Assembly: GCA_041736305.1 (NCBI GenBank)
Contig: JBGSTX010000002.1
Location: 1-60,067 of the forward strand
Direction of reading: 5' to 3'
Origin: Oligoflexus sp.
Lineage (GTDB): Bacteria; Bdellovibrionota_B; Oligoflexia; Oligoflexales; Oligoflexaceae
Length of the DNA stretch: 60,067 nt
The notes under the pieces: generated by a model
Seen by the model: only the letters and a program-made list of their open reading frames with translations
Database searches by the model: none
What the model was told of the DNA's origin: nothing
Part shown: piece by piece, positions 46,800-55,606 of the stretch
How positions within the stretch are numbered: the stretch's first letter is position 1
How the letters are laid out: each line of letters starts with the position of its first letter
Translations under genes and position numbers: made by a program

Positions 46800-47213
46800 A
46801 TGCATCTCATTTGGAAGAGGCCCGATGGTTTTCATGGTGCCTCGCCATCAGACTTTTCCGTCCTAGAACTCGGGGGGCACTCACGCCTCTGGCTCCATAA
46901 AACAGACCGCGATCAATACCCTTTTCGCATCGCAGGCGGTTGGGAAGAAAATGACGGAACGGTACTATTGAACAATCTCGTCAACCTTCTGCCTTTTGGC
47001 CAGCCTGATTGGCTAGATTTTTTGAATCGCAGCTTCGATCATTCTATGAAAGACGACAGGAAGGCTTTCGTAAGCGAAATCAGCGACTGGCTCCAGGATC
47101 TGAAAAGCCATGTCAAAGGCGATACCTGGGAAACAGAAATCTTGCGTGAAGCCCTTGACCTGACCGGAGATCGGATCAAGGCGGTCAAGGATCAATTCAT
47201 ACGCGCTGGTTAA
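46800..47213 (+). CDS. Hypothetical cytoplasmic protein
   Basis: GGGGGA RBS; 137-aa globular-looking ORF followed by hairpin CGAGCCC/GGGCTCG. Confidence 0.75.
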   Translation: MHLIWKRPDGFHGASPSDFSVLELGGHSRLWLHKTDRDQYPFRIAGGWEENDGTVLLNNLVNLLPFGQPDWLDFLNRSFDHSMKDDRKAFVSEISDWLQDLKSHVKGDTWETEILREALDLTGDRIKAVKDQFIRAG

Positions 47214-47332
47214 TAACAGCTCCCGAGCCCAGCCAGGGCTCGTTGAAAAAGCGATATAGAACGAGTTCTCTTCGTGATTCTACCGGCCTAGTAATTCCTT
47301 TTTTTGACTGGATATTTCCCGCTTAACTTTCC

Positions 47333-47360
47333 TAAAGAATTTAGCTCATTCAACCGATTT
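47333..47360 (+). promoter_or_regulatory. Sigma28-like promoter upstream of the secreted metallopeptidase
   Basis: TAAA-N16-ACCGATTT. Confidence 0.4.
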
Positions 47361-47416
47361 GGATTTGTTGGCAGTGGCGAGCCTTACCCAGGTTCGGGAC
47401 CCTACTATGGTGAGCT

Positions 47417-49225
47417 ATGAAACGAATCCAAGTTACAGCTATTCTTTGCCTTTCTTTTCAAGCAGGCCGCCTTCAGGCTGAAGGGCGCGGAGCGGAATCT
47501 GTTTTGGTACATCCTTTCAAGGCTAACCAGCACTCTGATTCGGCTGTGGACTCGCTCAGTCTTACGCGAGCAAAAACCTTGAGCTTTCGCTCCCAAACTC
47601 TAGAAATGCGTAAGAAATGGGGCCTTAATTCGCGCATTCAAATGCTCGAAAAGGGCTTTAAGGGTTTCAACCTCTATCAGAATAATAAACTACAGACTGT
47701 CGAAGTTGCTTTCTCTGTAGATGGCTTTCCCCTTTGCCAGTTTCAGGTGAAATTTGTGGAAAGTCTTCAAGGGCAGGTGGCAGCTATGGGGACCATTCCC
47801 CGAATAGATGACTCTCCTTCTTTTCAGGCGAATGATTGGCCAGCCCAAGAAGTCGCCGGCCAGCGCATCGTCGAGACTCTACTTGTTAAAGGCCTCAATC
47901 CTGATTTTACTATCGATCACAGCTCGCGCTGCCTTTGGGAAAATGAGGGAGTTCTGCAGCCGGTATGGGAACTCGATGTGGTGAGCGGTGATCTGCTCTA
48001 CAACATAGTAGCTGATGGACAGGATGTTTACCGTTTCGAGCCCAAGCACTTTCATGCCGTAGGCACCGCTAATATATATCCAAATAATATTTTGGATGGA
48101 GCGAGGGAAAAGTTTAGTCTGCGAGATATGAAGGACCCAGGCTACCTAGAAAACCCCTACTTCATTACCTGCGTGCCGTCGGGAACCGGCACGTCTTTGT
48201 GCCCGCCTTCGAGCACAACTGGGCTGCCTTATCCTATGGTTAAGGACGCAGGTTTCAACTATGACTACGATCCGATTGCCGATCAGAATTCCTTCGTTCA
48301 GACTTCAGTGTTTACGAACGTCAACCGTGCTTTGGAATGGTACGAGCAGCAGGGCTATACCAACTTTGGTACTGTTCCCATTCGTTTGGCTGTTCACGCA
48401 GCTTTTCAAGGGGATACGAATAATGCTCTCTATGAGCCTCGCAGTACTTATTCCGTCATCTATGTGGGCGATGGAGATGGTACCTTGCTGCAAAATCTCG
48501 GTACCGACTCCGATGTAGTCAGCCATGAGTTAGGTCACCACGTTATTTACAACACCTTGAAGAGAATTGAAGGCGAATCCTTGGTAATTCATGAAGGTAT
48601 AGCCGACTTCTTCACATTCGCGAGGACCGGCAACGCCTGCCTTGGTGAAAGCATCTGTACTGATACCAATGTCGGTGCTCGCATCTGCTCGATGCCGCGT
48701 CAATGTCTCCGCAGCGCAGCCAATGATTTTGCTTTTGGTTCGAAATCCTTGCCTTCAGAGCCCCATCAGCGCAGCCAATTTATTTCAGGTATGCTTTGGG
48801 ATCTTTCGGTGAAAGACGGTATACCTATTAACGATGTCACTCGCTTGGTTCTGAAAACAATCGATCTCTTCGTCATCGATTCAGGTTATCAGCATTTAAT
48901 TGTCGGTTTGCTCCTCGCAGATGATGCAATCTTTCAAGGTGCGCATTGTCAGCCTATCATCGATCGTGCAATAGCTCGCGGACTCTCTGCTGTCGTCGAA
49001 GGAGTGAGCTGCAAAATTGTCCAAGATCCGGCTCGGCCTCGCGTAAATGTTCAAACTTTCTTGGACGGCAAGCTGCCTGATCCGCCGACTACATCTTCGA
49101 AAAAATCTGCGAAAAAGTCTTGCGGAGCCATTGGTTCCTCGGCTGCTGGTGGACAGGATTTGTCCCAGTTGTTACTATGGTGTCTACCATTCATTGTTGG
49201 CTTAGTGAGACGCTCTCGCAAATAA
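47417..49225 (+). CDS. Secreted M4/M36-like zinc metallopeptidase with propeptide and C-terminal sorting tail
   Basis: Signal peptide; PepSY-like PVWE; NNALY; HELGH...HEGIADFF; EPH; tail SCGAIG-hydrophobic-RRSRK. Confidence 0.87.
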   Translation: MKRIQVTAILCLSFQAGRLQAEGRGAESVLVHPFKANQHSDSAVDSLSLTRAKTLSFRSQTLEMRKKWGLNSRIQMLEKGFKGFNLYQNNKLQTVEVAFSVDGFPLCQFQVKFVESLQGQVAAMGTIPRIDDSPSFQANDWPAQEVAGQRIVETLLVKGLNPDFTIDHSSRCLWENEGVLQPVWELDVVSGDLLYNIVADGQDVYRFEPKHFHAVGTANIYPNNILDGAREKFSLRDMKDPGYLENPYFITCVPSGTGTSLCPPSSTTGLPYPMVKDAGFNYDYDPIADQNSFVQTSVFTNVNRALEWYEQQGYTNFGTVPIRLAVHAAFQGDTNNALYEPRSTYSVIYVGDGDGTLLQNLGTDSDVVSHELGHHVIYNTLKRIEGESLVIHEGIADFFTFARTGNACLGESICTDTNVGARICSMPRQCLRSAANDFAFGSKSLPSEPHQRSQFISGMLWDLSVKDGIPINDVTRLVLKTIDLFVIDSGYQHLIVGLLLADDAIFQGAHCQPIIDRAIARGLSAVVEGVSCKIVQDPARPRVNVQTFLDGKLPDPPTTSSKKSAKKSCGAIGSSAAGGQDLSQLLLWCLPFIVGLVRRSRK

Positions 49226-49248
49226 AAGCAAAAGCGAAGAATGGGTGC

Positions 49249-49279
49249 AAAAAAGAGCGTGATAAAGCGCTCTTTTTTT
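49249..49279. terminator. Bidirectional-type intrinsic terminator
   Basis: AAAAAAGAGCG-TGATAAAG-CGCTCTTTTTTT. Confidence 0.8.
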
Positions 49280-49299
49280 ATCATTGATAAGGCACAGGG

Positions 49300-50298
49300 A
49301 TGGGCATGACTCTCGACCGAAACCTGACCCGCTCGCTTCTGGTTCTCTTGCTCCTCATCTTCGCAGCCGTGCCGCTGAAAGCCGCTTCACCGCAGCCTGT
49401 TCAAATCACGCTCTATTGGGAAGGCCGTCAGCTGCAAGAGCCAAATATTGATGCTCTTGAAAAGCTGCGTATCGCTTATCCCCAAGTTCCCCTGCTACAT
49501 CTCATCAATCCAAGCTATTTCCTCGGAACCGAATCGGCCGAAGAAAACCTTCAGATCATGCTCAGGGTTTTGCAAGCAGAGGACGAAGTCGGGCTCTATC
49601 TCAGCTCGATAGAGAGTCTCATCAAAGCAGCTCAAGTGCCCGTTCGGTCTAAGCTTAATTTTTGGGGTTCTGTTGACAATCACAAAATCTGCGAGTCAGA
49701 TTGTGGGCTTGACGTGCCCCTGAGCGGGCGCAGTCGCGAAGAGATGCTGCAAATATTTCTTGCAGCCGATAAAACTCTCCGCAAAGTCGGCTTTGAGGGA
49801 ATGAAGAGTTACAGCCTGCGAGGCTGGCTTTTCAGCCCTTTTATGCCATCTCTGGCGGCATCATTCGCTTATCGATACGATCACACACCCCTCGCACCGT
49901 CTTTGATTTCTTCGCGCCTCAGAAAATATCCATTTGTGTCCTGGGTCAAAGACCTCTGGACTCAAGCCCAAACTTTTGCGCAGACGAAGCCAGGGTCTGA
50001 AGGGATACTTCCCGTCAATGGCAGCGTCATCGAACTGAGTGAGCCGCAGGTCGTCACCAAGTCCTTCGAGAGATTTCTAGCTGAGGCTTTAAAAGAACCC
50101 GAAGAAACGCAGCCAGCCTTTCAGATAGTGTTTTCCCAGGAGGCAGCGTATTTTGGCGCGCTGAGATTGAGAGGTCTATTAAAAGATCTCGATAGCAAGA
50201 GTCGAGAAAAAAATCTCAATCTCGTCTATATCACTCCCTCGCAAGCGAAAAACGGTCGACCAAAGCAAGAGAATATGCGTATATCGAAGGAATTTTGA
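49300..50298 (+). CDS. Secreted polysaccharide-deacetylase-like protein, probably degenerate
   Basis: Signal peptide; TLYWEG, DEVGLYL, LRGW, YRYD resemble NodB/DUF2334-type barrel motifs. Confidence 0.5.
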   Translation: MGMTLDRNLTRSLLVLLLLIFAAVPLKAASPQPVQITLYWEGRQLQEPNIDALEKLRIAYPQVPLLHLINPSYFLGTESAEENLQIMLRVLQAEDEVGLYLSSIESLIKAAQVPVRSKLNFWGSVDNHKICESDCGLDVPLSGRSREEMLQIFLAADKTLRKVGFEGMKSYSLRGWLFSPFMPSLAASFAYRYDHTPLAPSLISSRLRKYPFVSWVKDLWTQAQTFAQTKPGSEGILPVNGSVIELSEPQVVTKSFERFLAEALKEPEETQPAFQIVFSQEAAYFGALRLRGLLKDLDSKSREKNLNLVYITPSQAKNGRPKQENMRISKEF

Positions 50299-50308
50299 GG
50301 AAGCACTC

Positions 50309-51100
50309 GTGTACGTCGACGTTCATTGCCATTTAACCCATAAAGACTTTGCGGATGACCTGCCGGCCGTTGTGCAGAGAGCTATGGATGCGGGTCTCGA
50401 AGCTGTTATTGTCAATGGCCTAGAGCCGAATTCAAATCGCCGCATTCTCGAACTAGCCAAGACTTATACCCTTATCAAGCCAGCCCTGGGCATCTATCCC
50501 CTTGAAGCGATCAATGCTCTGGCGAGTGAACTGCCCTATCCCATCGCGAGTTTCGATGTGATGGAAGAGGTGGCTTTTATTGAAGCCCAGGCTAAGTCGG
50601 GCGCAATACTCGCTGTCGGCGAGTGCGGGCTCGATGGCTACTATGTCGGCGAATCGACTTTTGCCAAGCAGGAAGAGGTTTTTCTCAAGCTTATCGAAAT
50701 AGCTATGCGCTATGAGCTTCCTCTCATCATCCACACCCGTAAGCGCGAAGAGCGGGCTATGGAAATCCTCAGCCATCACGGGGTGAAACAAGTGGATTTC
50801 CATTGTTACGGCGGCAAGGTGAAAGCTGCTGTACGAGCTGCGGAACAGCATGGCTGGTATTTTTCGATACCAGCTAATGCTAAGAATAATGAAGCTTTTC
50901 AGAAGATGTTGCGGGAGCTGCCGCCTGAAAGAATCCTGACTGAGACCGACTGTCCCTACTTATCTCCCCTTCGAGGGAACCGAAATGAACCGATGAACGT
51001 GGTTGGGACCGTTGAGTTGCTCGCTACGCTGCGGGCTTGGACGCCTGAAGAAGCCAAATCCCGCGTTTGGGATAACTACCGAGCCCTATTCCTCGATTGA
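50309..51100 (+). CDS. tatD: TatD family nuclease
   Basis: DVHCHL, VGECGLD, IIHTR, FHCY, ETDCPYL. Confidence 0.95.
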   Translation: MYVDVHCHLTHKDFADDLPAVVQRAMDAGLEAVIVNGLEPNSNRRILELAKTYTLIKPALGIYPLEAINALASELPYPIASFDVMEEVAFIEAQAKSGAILAVGECGLDGYYVGESTFAKQEEVFLKLIEIAMRYELPLIIHTRKREERAMEILSHHGVKQVDFHCYGGKVKAAVRAAEQHGWYFSIPANAKNNEAFQKMLRELPPERILTETDCPYLSPLRGNRNEPMNVVGTVELLATLRAWTPEEAKSRVWDNYRALFLD

Positions 51101-51102
51101 TC

Positions 51103-51711
51103 TCACATCCAGATCGAAATTCCAAAGCTGATATTATCGGTGGTTGAATCCAACGAGCTGAGTTCAGATCCTGAGTTGCCCGTATTTTGCGACGTGAGGC
51201 GCTTACCGAGCAGTAGACAGGAAATACTGGGACTCACGAAATAATTGAAGCCCATGCTTTGATAATACCCAGAACCCAGAAGAGAAGCACTGTATTCGCG
51301 ATCTTGGTAATCGAGCTGAGAGGCGAGTACCCCTAGCCCAAACTGAATGTTAGTGATAGGCGCGCTGAAGCTGAAGGTCATATCCGCGGCAAGGCGCGAG
51401 CCTCGGGCATTTTCCAAGCTGCTGCTGTTAGAGCGCAGGCTCAGCATTGTATGGGAAAGAGAGAATTGGGCGAATTTCAAAACTTCTACGCCTACTCCGT
51501 TGCGAACTCCATATCCTCGCCAGCCACTCCGCTCGACGGGTAGATCTTCACCCCGCGACTTTGAGAATTTGCCATATTCACCTTCGATGGCCGAGCTAAC
51601 GAAAACATTGCTACCTGAGGGACGCATTCTATCGATCAAAGCATGTTGGGCCAACGCATTTGTACTGATAGAGATCATAAATAGCGAAAGTATAAGTTTT
51701 TTAAACGACAT
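51103..51711 (-). CDS. Hypothetical outer-membrane beta-barrel protein
   Basis: Signal peptide ALA-Q; alternating strands; C-terminal FGISIWM; GGAG RBS. Confidence 0.7.
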   Translation of the reverse strand: MSFKKLILSLFMISISTNALAQHALIDRMRPSGSNVFVSSAIEGEYGKFSKSRGEDLPVERSGWRGYGVRNGVGVEVLKFAQFSLSHTMLSLRSNSSSLENARGSRLAADMTFSFSAPITNIQFGLGVLASQLDYQDREYSASLLGSGYYQSMGFNYFVSPSISCLLLGKRLTSQNTGNSGSELSSLDSTTDNISFGISIWM

Positions 51712-51766
51712 CGGACAACTCCAGCTCAATAGACCCACTCGTAAAAAAGTTTCTTGAGTCATAGTG

Positions 51767-51782
51767 AGCAAGGGTTGTGCCG
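51767..51782 (-). promoter_or_regulatory. Sigma54-type promoter for the OMP gene
   Basis: CGGCAC-AACCC-TTGCT on the minus strand with correct -24/-12 spacing. Confidence 0.6.
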
Positions 51783-52058
51783 CTAGATAGGCTTAGTTAA
51801 ACTCCGGTAGTTCTGCTGCTTTCGAGTCTTAGTAGGGACCGAACCGTGTCTGGAATCGAGACGAAGTCGTGCTTGCTGCACTTTCTTTACACAAAGTATA
51901 AAAAGAAGCCGATTTGTCTGGACATTATCTAAGCGAAACCTAAATATGCCGGTAAATCCTTGCTTTTGCTGGCGGTTAGCGAGGTCAAAAAGTAAGGTTT
52001 GAAAATTTTGGTAAAGCTATGTTTCTAGCGGCTCTGCCAAGTTTTAGCAATGGCCACT

Positions 52059-52081
52059 TTATCCACAGCCCTTGTGAATAA
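52059..52081. promoter_or_regulatory. Inverted pair of consensus DnaA boxes
   Basis: TTATCCACA (52059-52067) and TGTGAATAA (52073-52081, reverse complement TTATTCACA), 5 bp apart. Confidence 0.65.
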
Positions 52082-52245
52082 TGAAGTAAAATCGAGGCTG
52101 GATGCCCTACTGCGTAAGGCATCTATGGGATCGATCATTTTTTGTGCAGCCAAGTTGAATTAGCTGAAACCCTTTGTCAGAGCCACTTCGCGCCTGTTCA
52201 CAAAAATGAAACAGCGGTATATTTTCCTATTTGCGTAGGCATTCC

Positions 52246-53133
52246 ATGACACAAAGACCAAATATTCAGATTTCGTCGCTCGAAGGCAATCATCAGCTCC
52301 TCGACGGAGGGGCCATGTTTGGCAACGCTCCTCGCCCTTTGTGGGAACGGTGGGCTAAACCCGACTCCATGGGGCGTATAGCTTTATCTTGTCGTAGTAT
52401 GCTGGTTGAAATTGATGGCAAACGTCTCCTTTGTGAGACGGGAATCGGTGCTTACATGGAGCCATCCCTCGCCGAACGCTATGGCGTGCAGGAGAAGGAA
52501 CACGTTCTACTCGAGAGTCTCCAAGAGCTTAACTTAAGCCACGAAGATATTGATTACGTAATTCTCTCGCATCTGCACTTTGATCATGCGGGAGGGCTAC
52601 TGCCGTCCTATGAAATGCAGCAAAAAGGCCAGACCTCACTTCTCTTTCCTAAGGCCCGTTACGTCGTTGGTCGCGAAGCCTGGGAACGAGCTCAAAATCC
52701 GCATCCCCGCGACAGAGCCTCATTTATACCGGGGCTGAGCCAGAGCCTTAGTGCCTCAGGGCGTTTGCTGATCATCGATCAAGCCGAGCTGCCTGGTTTC
52801 CCAGCAGAAGTCATCTCTTTTCGCTTCAGTTCAGGGCATACTCCCGGTCATATGCATACTCTGGTGCATGGGGCGCAGGAAACGATGATATTCGCTGGCG
52901 ATCTTATTCCTGGAAAAGCCTGGGTCCATCTGCCGATTACGATGGGATATGATCGCTATGCGGAGCAGGTTATCGATGAAAAGGCAGCTCTTTATCAAGA
53001 AGCGGTACCCGCTCGCTGGCTTCTCTTTTTTACCCACGATCCGCAAATAGCTGCGGCTCAGGTTGAAAGAGATCCCAAGGATCGTTTCGTCACCACAGCT
53101 GAAAAAGCCAAGCTCGAACACTACCGACTTTAA
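52246..53133 (+). CDS. MBL-fold metallo-hydrolase (YtnP-like)
   Basis: LDGGAMFG..P..LW, SHLHFDHAGG, GHTPGH, GDLIP. Confidence 0.92.
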   Translation: MTQRPNIQISSLEGNHQLLDGGAMFGNAPRPLWERWAKPDSMGRIALSCRSMLVEIDGKRLLCETGIGAYMEPSLAERYGVQEKEHVLLESLQELNLSHEDIDYVILSHLHFDHAGGLLPSYEMQQKGQTSLLFPKARYVVGREAWERAQNPHPRDRASFIPGLSQSLSASGRLLIIDQAELPGFPAEVISFRFSSGHTPGHMHTLVHGAQETMIFAGDLIPGKAWVHLPITMGYDRYAEQVIDEKAALYQEAVPARWLLFFTHDPQIAAAQVERDPKDRFVTTAEKAKLEHYRL

Positions 53134-53232
53134 ATTAGACTGAAAAGATAAGCAGGGCCTGCCCATGCTTCCAGAAATTTGCGACAATGTTTCCATGTAC
53201 TTTGCTAAGAGAATCATGCAAGGACGGGCAAC

Positions 53233-53490
53233 ATGGAAATCGGAAGTTTTGTGCGCCACGAGCGCAAGCGTCTAGGCTTGACCCAGCAACAGTTGGCCGA
53301 TCAGTCCGGAGTCGGTCTAAATTTTGTCTATCAACTTGAAAAAAATAAACCCTCGGTGCAGCTCGATTCCCTAAATTTGGTCCTGAAATCTCTCGGCTAC
53401 CGAGTCGGCGTCATGCGGGATTTCAGACCTTGGGATGAAGAGCCTATACTCCCGCCAAGTGCACCTCGTCCCGGTGCGTCGGCGCGCTAG
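53233..53490 (+). CDS. XRE-family HTH regulator (y4mF/HipB-like)
   Basis: RKRLGLTQQQLADQSGVGLNFVYQLEKNKPSVQLD..N.VL..LG. Confidence 0.88.
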   Translation: MEIGSFVRHERKRLGLTQQQLADQSGVGLNFVYQLEKNKPSVQLDSLNLVLKSLGYRVGVMRDFRPWDEEPILPPSAPRPGASAR

Positions 53491-53497
53491 GGGCTTC

Positions 53498-55546
53498 TCA
53501 AAAGGCTTGGGTACCTGGCTTCGATTTGAGACCGATATTAAAGCTGCCGTCGCAGTTCCGCTGAGAGCTGCCCGACTGAAATCGGAACTGCCCCAGACTA
53601 TACTGAAACTCCCGCTGCCACTGAGCTTGGCCTATCAGAGAACTAACTCCCTCGGCGGTCTTTTGCATGCGCTTCACAATGCCCTCATCGAGCTGTCCGC
53701 TGCAGTAGTGAGTGGCAAAGGCTTTGTGAGGGTTCGGTAGAATAGAAGCTAAATAAATCGCTTCTGCGACGCTGAGATCGCGCGGCGATTTACCGAAGTA
53801 GGCTCGACTCGCCTTCGCAATGCCCCGCATTCCTGGTCCGAATTCGACGATGTTGGCATAAAGCTCTAGAATGTCTTCCTTGCTCAGAACTTGTTCTAGG
53901 GTCCAAGCCAGATAGAGTTCCTGAATCTTGCGACTCAAAACGCGCTCGCGACTCAGGTAAAGATTTTTCACTAGCTGCATGGTGAGAGTTGATCCACCGT
54001 AGATCACCCGGCCAGCCTTAAGATTAGCTTGAAGAGCCGCTTGTAATGAGCCCCAGCGAAATCCGTCATGCTTCCAGAACCCACCGTCTTCGGCGCTGAT
54101 GATGCCCTGGAGGAAGGCTTCGCTGATCTGTTTGAGGGGTACGTAATCCGGATCGCTGAGCGCCGCGAGACCCGGCAGATCGGGATTTTCGGCTGAGGCG
54201 CTCAATGAGCCCCGCTGATCGAGCAGCCACTTCTTGCTGAAGCGCTCAGGAATAGACTGTAGCTGGCAGGTGAAGGAATGCTCTCCGAGCTTAATGAGCT
54301 GCTCATCTGTGCGCATGAGCTGGACTGAAGCAGTGGAGGCAACCGTGCCCTGCAAGGCAAAACCGTTGATGAGAGGAAAGGCATGCTCTGGTAGGGCTTC
54401 GAGAAAGATCTGGCAGGGAGTTTCAGGGAGTTTGACGCTTAACTGGAGAGGCTCCTCGGCTAGCGGCGCGAGCAAATCTTTTTTCTCCCCTTGGAAAAAA
54501 ACCCTGATAGGTGATCTGTCCTTGTGAGCAATGAGATGAGCCAGGCCTGAGCCGAACTTGAAGCTTCCTGTTTCTAAACTAAAGTCGCCTTTTGCTCGAA
54601 GACTAAAAGGAAACGGACCCCAAGGTATGTTGCCGAGCAGATTGTGCTTTAGCTCAAGATTGTTGCTGACCAGATGCACATCGAAATTTATCGTGTCCTG
54701 ACGTCTCAGGCCCTGCAGGCTGAGTTTGAAGAGCAACTGTAGCTTATCGTGCGGTCCGATCCAGCGCAAAGGGCGCTGCCAAGGATCTGGTATACCCTGT
54801 CGCTTGTGCCTCATTTCCAAACTATCGAAATCGCGGCTCATCGAGCCTTGCAGCTGCCAGGGAACATCGCCTGTATCGCGGGCTGTCATCAGAAAGGGAT
54901 AGCGAGCCTTTTCCCTCTGGAGAAGCAATTGGCCCTCTATTTCCCCCAGTACTTGACGCTTTCGGTAAAGAAGCTTTTTAGCTTTGATGTGCATGGACTG
55001 ATCCTGCGCCGCGAAAGTCAAATCGAAGGCAGGCAAAGTCAAAAGCTCCTGACGGTGAGCGTCGAGCATTTTTAGCCTTGAATTGCGTAGCTCGAGGGTT
55101 ATATCCCGCTGAAAGAGGAGGTCGAGAGTCTTCTCGACCCGCGAGAGCGATTCGAGAGGAAGGCGGGCTGGCGGCTTTGCGCTTGGGTTTCTCGCTCCGC
55201 TGGCACGTGGCGCTTGTGAACGCTGCCAAAGAACATTCCAATCATCGAGGACGATGTGATTAGGCCTCAGGAAGCTTCGATCTGGTCTCAGACTCAGCTT
55301 GATTTCGGCCTCCCCTTCAGCTTGCAGGTCATGAGCGCTGAGGCGGATGCCTTCTATACGAACACCGAGCCAACTGAGGCGCAGATTTTCGTAATGCAAG
55401 GCGACAGACATGTGACCGATCCAGGTCTGCAACCGTCGATCTATTTCTTTTTTTATAAAGGGCAATAGACAGAGATTAGCCAGTGTCAGTATAGTTCCGA
55501 GGCCGAGGCCGAGGCCAATTCCGAGGCGGGCAGGCGATAGGTTCAT
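53498..55546 (-). CDS. Monofunctional peptidoglycan glycosyltransferase (GT51) with a long N-terminal extension
   Basis: EDGGFWKHDG, GGSTLTMQLVKNL, RKIQE, LELYAN..EFG; no transpeptidase domain. Confidence 0.9.
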   Translation of the reverse strand: MNLSPARLGIGLGLGLGTILTLANLCLLPFIKKEIDRRLQTWIGHMSVALHYENLRLSWLGVRIEGIRLSAHDLQAEGEAEIKLSLRPDRSFLRPNHIVLDDWNVLWQRSQAPRASGARNPSAKPPARLPLESLSRVEKTLDLLFQRDITLELRNSRLKMLDAHRQELLTLPAFDLTFAAQDQSMHIKAKKLLYRKRQVLGEIEGQLLLQREKARYPFLMTARDTGDVPWQLQGSMSRDFDSLEMRHKRQGIPDPWQRPLRWIGPHDKLQLLFKLSLQGLRRQDTINFDVHLVSNNLELKHNLLGNIPWGPFPFSLRAKGDFSLETGSFKFGSGLAHLIAHKDRSPIRVFFQGEKKDLLAPLAEEPLQLSVKLPETPCQIFLEALPEHAFPLINGFALQGTVASTASVQLMRTDEQLIKLGEHSFTCQLQSIPERFSKKWLLDQRGSLSASAENPDLPGLAALSDPDYVPLKQISEAFLQGIISAEDGGFWKHDGFRWGSLQAALQANLKAGRVIYGGSTLTMQLVKNLYLSRERVLSRKIQELYLAWTLEQVLSKEDILELYANIVEFGPGMRGIAKASRAYFGKSPRDLSVAEAIYLASILPNPHKAFATHYCSGQLDEGIVKRMQKTAEGVSSLIGQAQWQREFQYSLGQFRFQSGSSQRNCDGSFNIGLKSKPGTQAF

Positions 55547-55606
55547 GAGGGGCGCTCTCGCTTTTTCCCCTCATTATAACAGGCTCAACCCAGTCTTGAG
55601 AGCCGA

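Noticed and set aside
47380-47405. CAGGTTCGGGACCCT as a tRNA fragment
   Set aside because: No acceptor, D or anticodon arms.
55497-55516. CCGAGG tandem repeat
   Set aside because: In-frame coding repeat (GLGLGLG) within a TM segment.
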